Below are positions 20,468 through 28,022 of a stretch of DNA of 64,000 nucleotides, piece after piece; within the stretch, counting starts at the first letter, position 1, and every line of letters starts with the position of its first letter. The DNA is from Acidimicrobiia bacterium (GTDB taxonomy: Bacteria > Actinomycetota > Acidimicrobiia > Spongiisociales > ZC4RG35), in NCBI GenBank assembly GCA_965216495.1, contig OZ244163.1, forward strand, positions 96,127 to 160,126, in the 5' to 3' direction. Below the pieces are notes generated by a model, which had not been told where the DNA came from, searched no databases, and saw nothing but the letters and a program-made list of their open reading frames with translations. Position numbers and translations under genes: made by a program.

Positions 20468-22231
20468 TCAGGCGGTGGTCGGGCTGAGAATCGCCAATGC
20501 GAGGATGGTCCAGCCAACAACGGTTCCCATCAAGGCGACTTCCAGTAGTCGTTCGTCGATCCCCGAAAGGACAGCTCCCATCGGTAGTGAGGCGACGAAG
20601 AGCCAGGCGAGCAGTCGAGGAGCGAAGCTGTATCTCGGAAGGAGTTGATTCCGGAGCACCTGGCCGCCTATCAGGAAGAGAGTGACGACTATCGACAGCA
20701 TGGTTGCTAGGGCAGCGGGACCAAACAGACCGTCGTCCCCGTCGATGATGTAAGCCACACCGGCGACAGCACCTCCCACCGCCGCAACCCACGCAAGAAT
20801 CGTGACCAGCCGAGGAAACCTGTCGATCCGGTCTCTGATACCGTAGACCAGCAGCAGAATCGAAACTCCGAAGAACACCAGAGCAAGTTCAAACCAATAG
20901 TCGGGCTGATCGCCAGTAGCCAGAATGGCGATGCTCTTGTAAGACCACATCACCGCCCCGACCACGGCGAGCAGACCGCTCCATCGCAGCACACCACCAA
21001 CCGTGCCCTGCCACCTCATCATCAGCTCCCTGCACACGCACATAACGGCACATATCGCTCGGGCTAAATGCGATCGGGACCAAGCAAAAAGCCGCTCGCC
21101 AGTTGAGATGACCTCAAAAGAATGAAGGGCATCTGCCGGGTAAGCCAGTGGCACCCAAGAGGCCCGATCCTCGTCCCAAATCGCCAGACCAGAGCAATGC
21201 TGTGCCAGAGGTTGCCTGCCATAGGTGTGAGCTGTTGGCGAACACTCGTAGAACCGCAGCGGAACATCGGGATATGGGTTCCACCGGTTGGATTCGGGGT
21301 CATATCGCGACGCACCCATCTGGTAGTCAACAGCGATCACATCGCCTCCCAGAGCCACGCCCGATGTAGCCAGCGACGTCAAGCCGCTCGACGGCATCAG
21401 TGTCCACTCATCGATGCTGACGTCATATGCGCCCTCTCCTGTGACCACCACCAGGTGCTCATCGGCCCATACCGCTGTAGCTCTGTCATGCAGGCTGGGC
21501 GGCTCGGCAATTGGGGTGGGGTCTCCATTAAGGGGGTCAACCAAGAGCCCCTTCTCTGCGTCAATCACCTCGGAGCCGGTCCAATCCGACAAAGGGTAGA
21601 ACCCTCCGTCGAGCGGCCAATCGTCAATCACTCGCCAAGTGTTCGTTGCCGGATCCCAAGCCGCGGCGTCAGGGGCTCGGGTCCAAATGATCAGCTCCTC
21701 GCCCGTCCAGACGGACCCGTATTTACTGCTCAGGCGCACCGGGCTGTCCGTCAGCTCGCGCCACCTTCCCGTTTCCGGGTTGTAGGCGGCACCTCCACCC
21801 ACCGGAGCGCCTCCACCAAGGCGCTCGCCACCCCAGTAGACCAACTCCTGTCCGGTCCAAGCCTTGACGCCCACCCACCGAGCCGACAGCGGGCCGGGGT
21901 CCAACTGAGTCCAGTCCTCAGAAACGAGGAACTCATCTGGAACGGGCCTTCGCTGTGCAACATCGTCGATCGGGAACGGCAGTGAACGCGTGACATCCGA
22001 CGGAAGAGGCGAGACGTCGATCAAGTACTGCAAATGGTCGATCCCGTCTGCCGACTCGATCGGCGCCGTAGCCGTGCTCTCCGGTGCCGTCGGCGCGCCC
22101 GGATCCTGACCGTCGGTCAGGGCAAAGAGAACCACAAGAATCAGAGCCAGCGCTGCCACGGCCGCTGCGACCCGAGGGCCTCTCATCGAAGACCTGTTAA
22201 CCGCGTGGGCCAGGCGTTCACCGACGTGCAA
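20468..22231 (-). CDS. secreted Kelch-repeat beta-propeller protein fused (or run together) with a C-terminal 6-TM membrane domain
   Basis: N-terminal signal (MRGPRVAAAVAALALILVVLFAL) and repeated ...W..GG...YDP.TN.W... Kelch-like blades. The C-terminal ~185 aa, from MMRWQGTV at ~21023, are polytopic membrane. Motif copy F lies in frame at the junction. These may be two genes: 21060..22231 and 20468..21023. Confidence 0.5.
   Translation of the reverse strand: MHVGERLAHAVNRSSMRGPRVAAAVAALALILVVLFALTDGQDPGAPTAPESTATAPIESADGIDHLQYLIDVSPLPSDVTRSLPFPIDDVAQRRPVPDEFLVSEDWTQLDPGPLSARWVGVKAWTGQELVYWGGERLGGGAPVGGGAAYNPETGRWRELTDSPVRLSSKYGSVWTGEELIIWTRAPDAAAWDPATNTWRVIDDWPLDGGFYPLSDWTGSEVIDAEKGLLVDPLNGDPTPIAEPPSLHDRATAVWADEHLVVVTGEGAYDVSIDEWTLMPSSGLTSLATSGVALGGDVIAVDYQMGASRYDPESNRWNPYPDVPLRFYECSPTAHTYGRQPLAQHCSGLAIWDEDRASWVPLAYPADALHSFEVISTGERLFAWSRSHLARAICAVMCVCRELMMRWQGTVGGVLRWSGLLAVVGAVMWSYKSIAILATGDQPDYWFELALVFFGVSILLLVYGIRDRIDRFPRLVTILAWVAAVGGAVAGVAYIIDGDDGLFGPAALATMLSIVVTLFLIGGQVLRNQLLPRYSFAPRLLAWLFVASLPMGAVLSGIDERLLEVALMGTVVGWTILALAILSPTTA
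21041..21056. repeat. palindromic motif copy F (CATAACGGCACATATC)
   Basis: 18 bp upstream (minus strand) of the ATGATG that begins the membrane domain. It is in frame inside the 587-aa ORF. Confidence 0.5.
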
Positions 22232-22481
22232 CTCCTCAAAGGACCTTTCCCTCCACGGTCTCCGTTCTTCCTAACTGCCCCAGGGTGAGGGGGCTGAAAA
22301 AGCAGTACGTCGATTAAGACGTTGAAAAGGCTTACAGGGTTCACAGCGATCCAAACGAAGGCGAGGCAAGACTTATGAATCTTGTTTGGTCGGGCCTGGA
22401 TCGGGGGACATAATGCAAGCCATGAACCAATTTGGGGGTCACTGATCATTTGGGGAATGAAGTCCGGCTCCTCGACTGGAC

Positions 22482-22850
22482 TTGAATATCCGGGGTCATA
22501 GCTTTGCCGTCTGCGCAGCCATGGTCGCGCTGCTGGCCGCGTGCAGCAGTACCTCGATCTGCTCTGGCGAGGTAGGCCCCGAAACGGTCCATGTCGACGC
22601 CTCAGCGTGGGTCGACGAGGAAACCACCATTGTCGTCTGCCTCATGGAGCAGGCGACAGGGGCGGAATACTGTGGACAGGAAGGGTCGCCCACGGTGTCG
22701 GTCGTAGCCTCCAATGACTATCAGGTTGAATGGAACTACTACGTCACTTTCCGACAAGGGAACACCCACGTGGTTCCGTCGGCTGCTGGCGGGACGCACT
22801 CGATGAAATGCGAAGCCACGACCACGAACATCGTGCTGACCCGGGGCTAG
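22482..22850 (+). CDS. putative lipoprotein (hypothetical)
   Basis: TTG start. Signal plus lipobox MNIRGHSFAVCAAMVALLAAC-SS. 122 aa. Confidence 0.45.
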   Translation: MNIRGHSFAVCAAMVALLAACSSTSICSGEVGPETVHVDASAWVDEETTIVVCLMEQATGAEYCGQEGSPTVSVVASNDYQVEWNYYVTFRQGNTHVVPSAAGGTHSMKCEATTTNIVLTRG

Positions 22851-22932
22851 ACCACGGCTGCCTAGCGAGAACCTTCGACGCAGCGGTCGCGACCGACCGC
22901 CTCGAAGACCTCGACCTACTGGTTCACACCGC

Positions 22933-23499
22933 TCAGTGGGGAGCGACTACCTCGGCAGGCTGATGGGTGCTCGCGGGCTCGGGAATGAGTTCCAACAGCT
23001 GAGAATTGAGCAGGTAGAACTGGTGTGTGGTCAGCGAACCTTGCCCGTGACGACGGTTGATGTCCTTGAGCATCCGCAACCACCGACGGAAAGCTAGGGA
23101 AGGATCAACGCCCTCGGCATTGAGGCCCTCCTCCACTTCTTTGACCTTGGACTTCAGCTCTTCGAACCGCTCTTCTTCGATAGCTGAGCGGTTGAGTGTT
23201 GAACCGGTTGCCGCCGCCACACCGTTGGATGCAGGAGAGGCGGCAGGTTGGGCGTCGGCGACACCGAGTTCGAGAGCGAAGCGGGACGCGTCATCCACTT
23301 TGAGAATCATCTCCTCACCGTCCACCTTGATGTAGAACTCGCCGTCCTCAGCGCGGGCGACCAATTCTTCGAGCGGCCACTCGGCAATGGTGCGTTCTCC
23401 CGACATGAGGCACAGCCCTTCATCGGAAATGTCGACGACGACGCCAACAGGAAGGCGGGTCTGGCCGGGGATGCGAAGCCTGGCATCAAATGAGGACAT
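22933..23499 (-). CDS. hypothetical cytoplasmic protein (weak PilZ-like RxxxR...DxSxxG N-terminus, coiled-coil C-terminus)
   Basis: Start taken at MSSFDARLRIPGQTRLPVGVVVDISDEGLCL. No confident family assignment. Confidence 0.45.
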   Translation of the reverse strand: MSSFDARLRIPGQTRLPVGVVVDISDEGLCLMSGERTIAEWPLEELVARAEDGEFYIKVDGEEMILKVDDASRFALELGVADAQPAASPASNGVAAATGSTLNRSAIEEERFEELKSKVKEVEEGLNAEGVDPSLAFRRWLRMLKDINRRHGQGSLTTHQFYLLNSQLLELIPEPASTHQPAEVVAPH

Positions 23500-23585
23500 G
23501 TCTCTCTCCTTCACGCCTCTCAGCCAGCATCTAGGTAATCGACAGGGAGACCCCTTGGGATACCGCCATCCAGAGGATCCTTTCA

Positions 23586-23870
23586 ATGCGGTATTGTTCG
23601 GCCGTGCACAAGATCGATATCACCTACTGCGTTCCTTGAAACTATCTCCCCCGCGCCGTGAGCGCGGCCAACGGAATCCTCGCCGACTATCAACACGTCG
23701 TTGAGTCTCTGACCTTCACCACCGGCTCCAAAGGAGTGTTCGACGTAGTGGTCGATGGCGAGCTCCTCTACTCCAAGCACGAGACAGGTCGTCACGCCGA
23801 CGAAGGCGAAGTGGCCCAGCTTTTCGCGGAGAAGTATGGGGAAGGCGTCACCAAGTACGGCGACGGCTAG
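23586..23870 (+). CDS. SelW-like (Rdx family) selenoprotein with in-frame TGA = Sec
   Basis: ATG at 23586 has a GAGGA RBS 9 nt upstream. It reads MRYCSAVHKIDITYCVP-U(TGA 23637-39)-NYLPRAVSAANGILADYQHVVESLTFTTGSKGVFDVVVDGELLYSKHETGRHADEGEV... The CxxU redox motif and the G..G.F(D/E)V.V.G.L..SK motif match the SelW/Rdx fold. The ORF track reported only the 70-aa part after the TGA. Confidence 0.6.
23651..23667 (+). promoter_or_regulatory. putative bacterial SECIS hairpin
   Basis: CCGCGC-CGUGA-GCGCGG is a perfect 6-bp stem with a 5-nt loop containing GU. It begins 12 nt 3' of the UGA, the usual bSECIS spacing. Confidence 0.4.
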
Positions 23871-24033
23871 CAGCCAGGGTCCTCCTTAAACACTCTTCAC
23901 AAACAAGGAGGGCCGATCGACTTCGAGCCGACCAAAAAGCCCTCTCAGCGACCACAGTACGCGCACCCCCATTACAGTGCGTGGCGGAGGGGCAGAAACA
24001 AAATCAAGGAGAGAGAACTTGAGGAAAGTATGG

Positions 24034-24849
24034 ATGACCGCCATTGCGGTCTTCACGATCATGGCGATGGCCATCCCAGTCGGAGCTATCACCAAGGGCG
24101 GAGCGCCCGACAATGGTGAGCACCCGTACGTGGGCCTTATGGTCGCCAAGGACGCCGATGGCAACCCGCTTTGGCGTTGTTCGGGATCGATGATCTCGCC
24201 GACGGTGTACGTAACCGCAGGTCACTGCGTTTCACAGCCGGCAGCGACGGCAACGATCTGGTTCGAGGAGGACGTGCAGTCGCTCGGCTTCGATATCGCA
24301 GATCCCAACATGTACCCGAACGGCGGACCGACCACGGTCACCGGAACGGCACATCCACATCCCAACTATGACGACAACGCCTTCTTCCTATACGACATGG
24401 GAGTGGTCGTCCTGGACGAGCCGGTCTATCTGTCGTCATATGCAACTCTCGCTAGCGAGGGTGCCTTGGACGATTTGGGCAATGGTCGCAACGACGCTGT
24501 TGTCGAAGCAGTCGGCTACGGCTTGCAGAATGCCAACAAGAACCACACCGTCGCTAACCGCGTTCGGATGAAGGCTGACCTCATGGTCGTCGACACCATC
24601 GGTGTTGCCGGTCTCGGGAGACTCGCCAAGTTCTTTGAGGGCAGCGGCTCCTTCATGGTCAGCGGCGACGCAGCCCACGGTGGAACCTGCTTCGGCGACT
24701 CGGGAGGACCGATGCTCATCGGTGACACCGATGTCCTCGTCGGGGTCAACTCCTTCGGACTCAACGGCAACTGCGCCGGAGTCGGAGGCGCCTACCGAAT
24801 CGACCAGGCAGACGACCTTGCGTTCATCAACTCGTTCCTGGGTTCCTAA
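24034..24849 (+). CDS. secreted trypsin-like serine protease (S1 family)
   Basis: Signal peptide, TAGHC (His) and GDSGGP (Ser) catalytic motifs, and AGGAGAGAGAA RBS before the ATG at 24034. Confidence 0.8.
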   Translation: MTAIAVFTIMAMAIPVGAITKGGAPDNGEHPYVGLMVAKDADGNPLWRCSGSMISPTVYVTAGHCVSQPAATATIWFEEDVQSLGFDIADPNMYPNGGPTTVTGTAHPHPNYDDNAFFLYDMGVVVLDEPVYLSSYATLASEGALDDLGNGRNDAVVEAVGYGLQNANKNHTVANRVRMKADLMVVDTIGVAGLGRLAKFFEGSGSFMVSGDAAHGGTCFGDSGGPMLIGDTDVLVGVNSFGLNGNCAGVGGAYRIDQADDLAFINSFLGS

Positions 24850-24865
24850 CCCAGCCTGAACTCGA

Positions 24866-24901
24866 CAGAAGGGGCGCCCTTTGGGCGCCTCTTCTTTTTT
24901 T
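24866..24901 (+). terminator. rho-independent terminator of the S1 protease gene
   Basis: GAAGGGGCGCCC-TTT-GGGCGCCTCTTC followed by TTTTTTT. Confidence 0.65.
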
Positions 24902-24953
24902 GATCCAAACCTGGCGTCGCTCCGAAGTCCCAATACACAGCGACAAAGGAGAG

Positions 24954-25469
24954 ATGCTGATGAGGAAACTGCTCGTGTCAATGGTGGCTGTCGCAATGAC
25001 CGCGACCATGGCCCTACCAGCCCTTGCAGGCAAGCCTGCTGCCGCCGAGGCGGCCAAACCCGGCAACCAGACGATCGTGGAGATCGCTTCGGGCAACTCG
25101 AACTTCGAGGTGTTGGTGACTGCGGTGGTACGCGCCGACTTGGTCGACCTGCTCAATGGGAAAGGCCAGTTCACCGTCTTTGCCCCGACTGATGCTGCAT
25201 TCGAGGCGACCTTCGGAGCCGACGAAGAAACCATCAAGGGACTGATCAACGCCGGCGCTCTCGACGGTGCATTGGGAGACATCCTTGGGTACCACGTCAC
25301 AGAGGGTCGACGGATCTCAACCTCGGTTCTGGCAGCGTCAAGCTACGAAATGCTGAACGGTGACACGCTCACCAAGGCCGAACTAGTGGCGGCTGGAGTG
25401 GTTCCTGCCGACATCTCGGCTAGCAACGGAATCATCCACGTGCTCACGGCCGGAGTACTTCTGCCCTAA
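24954..25469 (+). CDS. secreted fasciclin (FAS1) domain protein
   Basis: Signal peptide plus FAS1 signatures (TVFAPTDAAF, GYHVTEGR, NGIIHVL). AAGGAGAG RBS. Confidence 0.75.
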   Translation: MLMRKLLVSMVAVAMTATMALPALAGKPAAAEAAKPGNQTIVEIASGNSNFEVLVTAVVRADLVDLLNGKGQFTVFAPTDAAFEATFGADEETIKGLINAGALDGALGDILGYHVTEGRRISTSVLAASSYEMLNGDTLTKAELVAAGVVPADISASNGIIHVLTAGVLLP

Positions 25470-25521
25470 CGAACAACCACTCACTGTTCGGGTCCTGGTC
25501 GTCGACTAGGGCCCGAACTCT

Positions 25522-25851
25522 CTAGGAGGTCCGTGGTCTGGCCCGCCACACCACGAGGGCGATCGCCATTGAGACACCCGCCGCGACGTAGGTGATTGGC
25601 TTCTTCCAAGAACGGCTGATCGCCAGGTCTCCTTCGAGCGAAGACATGACCTTCCATTCGAGATCTCTGGGGGCCTCGAAGTGGCCCTCTTTCATGACTG
25701 CCATCTCTTTGGCAGCCCGGCTCATAGCGGCGTAGCGGGCCTGACACTTCAAACAAGTGGCCGAATGACCCCCAAGCACGCCACCTACCGCTGACCCTTC
25801 CACCGCAGCCGTCGCTACGAACGGCACTGCCACTTCGCAAACAACGCTCAC
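25522..25851 (-). CDS. membrane-anchored ZAS-family anti-sigma factor
   Basis: C5...H29SATC33LKC36 zinc-anti-sigma motif (HxxxCxxC) and a C-terminal TM helix. Translationally coupled (ATGA overlap) to the upstream ECF sigma gene. Confidence 0.6.
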   Translation of the reverse strand: MSVVCEVAVPFVATAAVEGSAVGGVLGGHSATCLKCQARYAAMSRAAKEMAVMKEGHFEAPRDLEWKVMSSLEGDLAISRSWKKPITYVAAGVSMAIALVVWRARPRTS

Positions 25852-26426
25852 GCTGACGCCTCGAGATCTCTGGCCAAGCGGGCACGGGCACGATGGAGCC
25901 TCACCTTTGCCGCCGTGACCGATATCCCAGTCACCTCTGCGATCTCTGCGTGTGACCAGCCGTAGACGTCCTTCATGACGACAACCTGCCGCTGAGCCTC
26001 GGGTAGCCGATCCAATGCCGACCGAAGGCGGCCCCGAAGTTCCATGATTTCACCGGCGAACTCGGGACTCGTCGTGTCCTCTGGAGCGGGCAACTCAAAG
26101 TGGTCATCAATTGGGACCGCACTATGTCGCTTGGCCCGCTGTTTATGGGTCCACGCCGTATTGACCGTTATCCGATAAAGCCACGTCGACAACTTCGCAT
26201 CTCCCCGGAACTTGGGTAGGGCCTTCCAGGCGCGTATCAGGGACTCCTGTGCGATATCTGCCGCTAGATGCGGATCTCTGACCAATCGTCGAGCCAACGT
26301 ATAGACCTCGTCCTGATGCTCCCGGACCAGTGCTGCGAAAGCGGCACGGTCACCCTGTTGGGCCCTCTCAATGAGGCGGGCCTCTCTGTCAGGTTCGACC
26401 CGCTTCTTGTCGCCTGGGTTACTCAT
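25848..26426 (-). CDS. ECF-type RNA polymerase sigma factor
   Basis: Sigma-70 region 2 (YTLARRLVRDPHLAADIAQESLIRAW) and region 4 (VVVMKDVYGWSHAEIAEVTGISVTAAKVRLHRAR). The start was taken at MSNPGDKK. Confidence 0.8.
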   Translation of the reverse strand: MSNPGDKKRVEPDREARLIERAQQGDRAAFAALVREHQDEVYTLARRLVRDPHLAADIAQESLIRAWKALPKFRGDAKLSTWLYRITVNTAWTHKQRAKRHSAVPIDDHFELPAPEDTTSPEFAGEIMELRGRLRSALDRLPEAQRQVVVMKDVYGWSHAEIAEVTGISVTAAKVRLHRARARLARDLEASA

Positions 26427-27219
26427 CGGCAAGCTCGACTCTGGCCGTGAGACACTCGACCTCACCAGCTGCCAGCGTGACGGTCACCTGACCTTCTGAT
26501 TGCGCCTGCACCACGTCAACCGGAACGGCTGGCAGCAGAGGCGCTCGAAATCGTATCTTGGCACTAGTCAGCGGAGCGTCTCCAGGGCGCCTTTCAGCGG
26601 CCAACCTGAGAGCCCAACTCGCCTGAAGTAGCCCGTGGGCCACCACCCCCGGAAGCCCTGCTTCGACGGCGGCGGTGTGATCCCAGTGGATTGGGTTCCA
26701 GTCACGAGTCGCCGCCGCGTAACGGACCAGGTCTGCCCTCGAAGCAGACAGTTGGCCTGTCGCAGGGTCACCATCATCAGTCGCCGGCGGTTCTTCCCTC
26801 TCAGCGTCAGATTTGGTTGCGGTCTCGGCACCAGCGGCGAGGAACCCGGCGGAGCCAGAAGCGACCAACCGCCCCTCGCAATGCACCTCCATCTCGAATG
26901 TGATGAAGTAGACGCCTCCTCGCTCACGGGCACGTGTTACTTCGCCCGACACGGCCAGCTCCGAACCAACGAGCAACGGTTCAGTCCACTGAAACGATTG
27001 GTCGCCATGGATCACCGAATGCTCGTAGAGCAGTCCCAACAGTTCTGGCGCAACAGCAAACAACGCCACCGAAAGGAACCCCGGAGGCGCTGCGTTCACC
27101 CATCGACCGCGATCATCGCCAGTCGCCACCAAAAAATCCCTGACACCATCTGGGGATACGTAAAGAGGCTCCGGGCCAAAGGTTCGACCGGCCAGGTCGG
27201 ACAGATCCATCGAGTCCAC
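26419..27219 (-). CDS. MaoC-like (R)-specific hydratase/dehydratase, fused double-hotdog (HadA/HadB-like)
   Basis: Two hotdog-fold halves in 266 aa. The position next to rpmG mirrors the mycobacterial rpmG2-hadABC-secE arrangement. Confidence 0.6.
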   Translation of the reverse strand: MDSMDLSDLAGRTFGPEPLYVSPDGVRDFLVATGDDRGRWVNAAPPGFLSVALFAVAPELLGLLYEHSVIHGDQSFQWTEPLLVGSELAVSGEVTRARERGGVYFITFEMEVHCEGRLVASGSAGFLAAGAETATKSDAEREEPPATDDGDPATGQLSASRADLVRYAAATRDWNPIHWDHTAAVEAGLPGVVAHGLLQASWALRLAAERRPGDAPLTSAKIRFRAPLLPAVPVDVVQAQSEGQVTVTLAAGEVECLTARVELADE

Positions 27220-27254
27220 GGTAATCGGTAAACCCGAGGCAATACACTGACTGG

Positions 27255-27770
27255 GTGCCAGAGGGCAGTCGACCGATCATGGACGGATACGGAGTCAGCG
27301 ATGATGCACGCGGACTCCTGGACTGGACATGGGCGGCCAGCCGACTCGAGACAACCCGCAACTATTGGCTGGCCACCGTAACCCCCACCGGTCAGCCACA
27401 CGCCATGCCCGTATGGGGTGTTTGGCTGGCTGATCCCGACGAGTTCATCTTCTGCTGCGATCCAAATGCAAAGAAGGCCCGGAACCTTCGCGAGAACCCT
27501 CACGCTGTCGTCACGGTGGATGACACCGTCGAGGTGGTCGTTGTGGAAGGCATTGCCACCGAAACTCGGACCACCGCGATCCCAGACGTTGTGCGGACGT
27601 ACGCGAGGAAGTACCACTCGGAGAATCGCGACGACGGCCCTAGCGAAGCGGACCTCGTTGCTTTCCTTGCCGATACGTGCGCGTTTCGCATCAAGCCGTC
27701 AAAGGCGTTTGGGATCATCGAACGACCCGACGAATTCGGCACGCGCGCCACCCGCTGGGTCTGGCGGTGA
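27255..27770 (+). CDS. pyridoxamine 5'-phosphate oxidase-family (PPOX-class, probable F420/FMN-binding) protein
   Basis: 171 aa; split-barrel pattern RNYWLATVTPTGQPHAMPVWGVW. Confidence 0.6.
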   Translation: MPEGSRPIMDGYGVSDDARGLLDWTWAASRLETTRNYWLATVTPTGQPHAMPVWGVWLADPDEFIFCCDPNAKKARNLRENPHAVVTVDDTVEVVVVEGIATETRTTAIPDVVRTYARKYHSENRDDGPSEADLVAFLADTCAFRIKPSKAFGIIERPDEFGTRATRWVWR

Positions 27771-27802
27771 GATCGACGGAACGTCGCATCGTTTGAGCAA
27801 AA

Positions 27803-27834
27803 GAGAGTGGGCACCTTCACAGGCGCCCACTCTC
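27803..27834. terminator. bidirectional hairpin terminator (PPOX gene / rpmG convergent)
   Basis: GAGAGTGGGC-N12-GCCCACTCTC inverted repeat. Confidence 0.5.
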
Positions 27835-27855
27835 AGTTCTTGAACCGTTGGGGTG

Positions 27856-28017
27856 CTAGCGGGTCTCCCGATGCACCGTATGGCTGCGACAGAACCGGCA
27901 ATACTTCTTCAGCTCAAGCCGGTCCTGCGTATTCGACTTGTTTTTGGTTGTGACGTAGTTGCGACGCTTGCACTCGGTGCAGGCCATCGTCAACGGCGGT
28001 CTCTTATCTGAAGCCAT
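27856..28017 (-). CDS. rpmG: 50S ribosomal protein L33
   Basis: Translates to [53 protein letters not shown] with the Cys4 zinc ribbon. 5 bp downstream of tuf. Absent from the ORF track because it is under the 60-aa cutoff. Confidence 0.85.
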   Translation of the reverse strand: MASDKRPPLTMACTECKRRNYVTTKNKSNTQDRLELKKYCRFCRSHTVHRETR

Positions 28018-28022
28018 GTCTC

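Noticed and set aside
16408-21056. Integron cassette array / attC sites as explanation for the motif-bracketed genes
   Set aside because: The 16-bp motif lacks the attC R''/L''/L'/R' architecture (GTTRRRY / RYYYAAC cores, 57-141 bp imperfect palindrome). No intI is in the window. The cassette-like spacing is noted in the first finding, but the integron reading is not supported.
21122-21985. 287-aa plus-strand ORF
   Set aside because: Antisense to the Kelch-propeller ORF; spurious.
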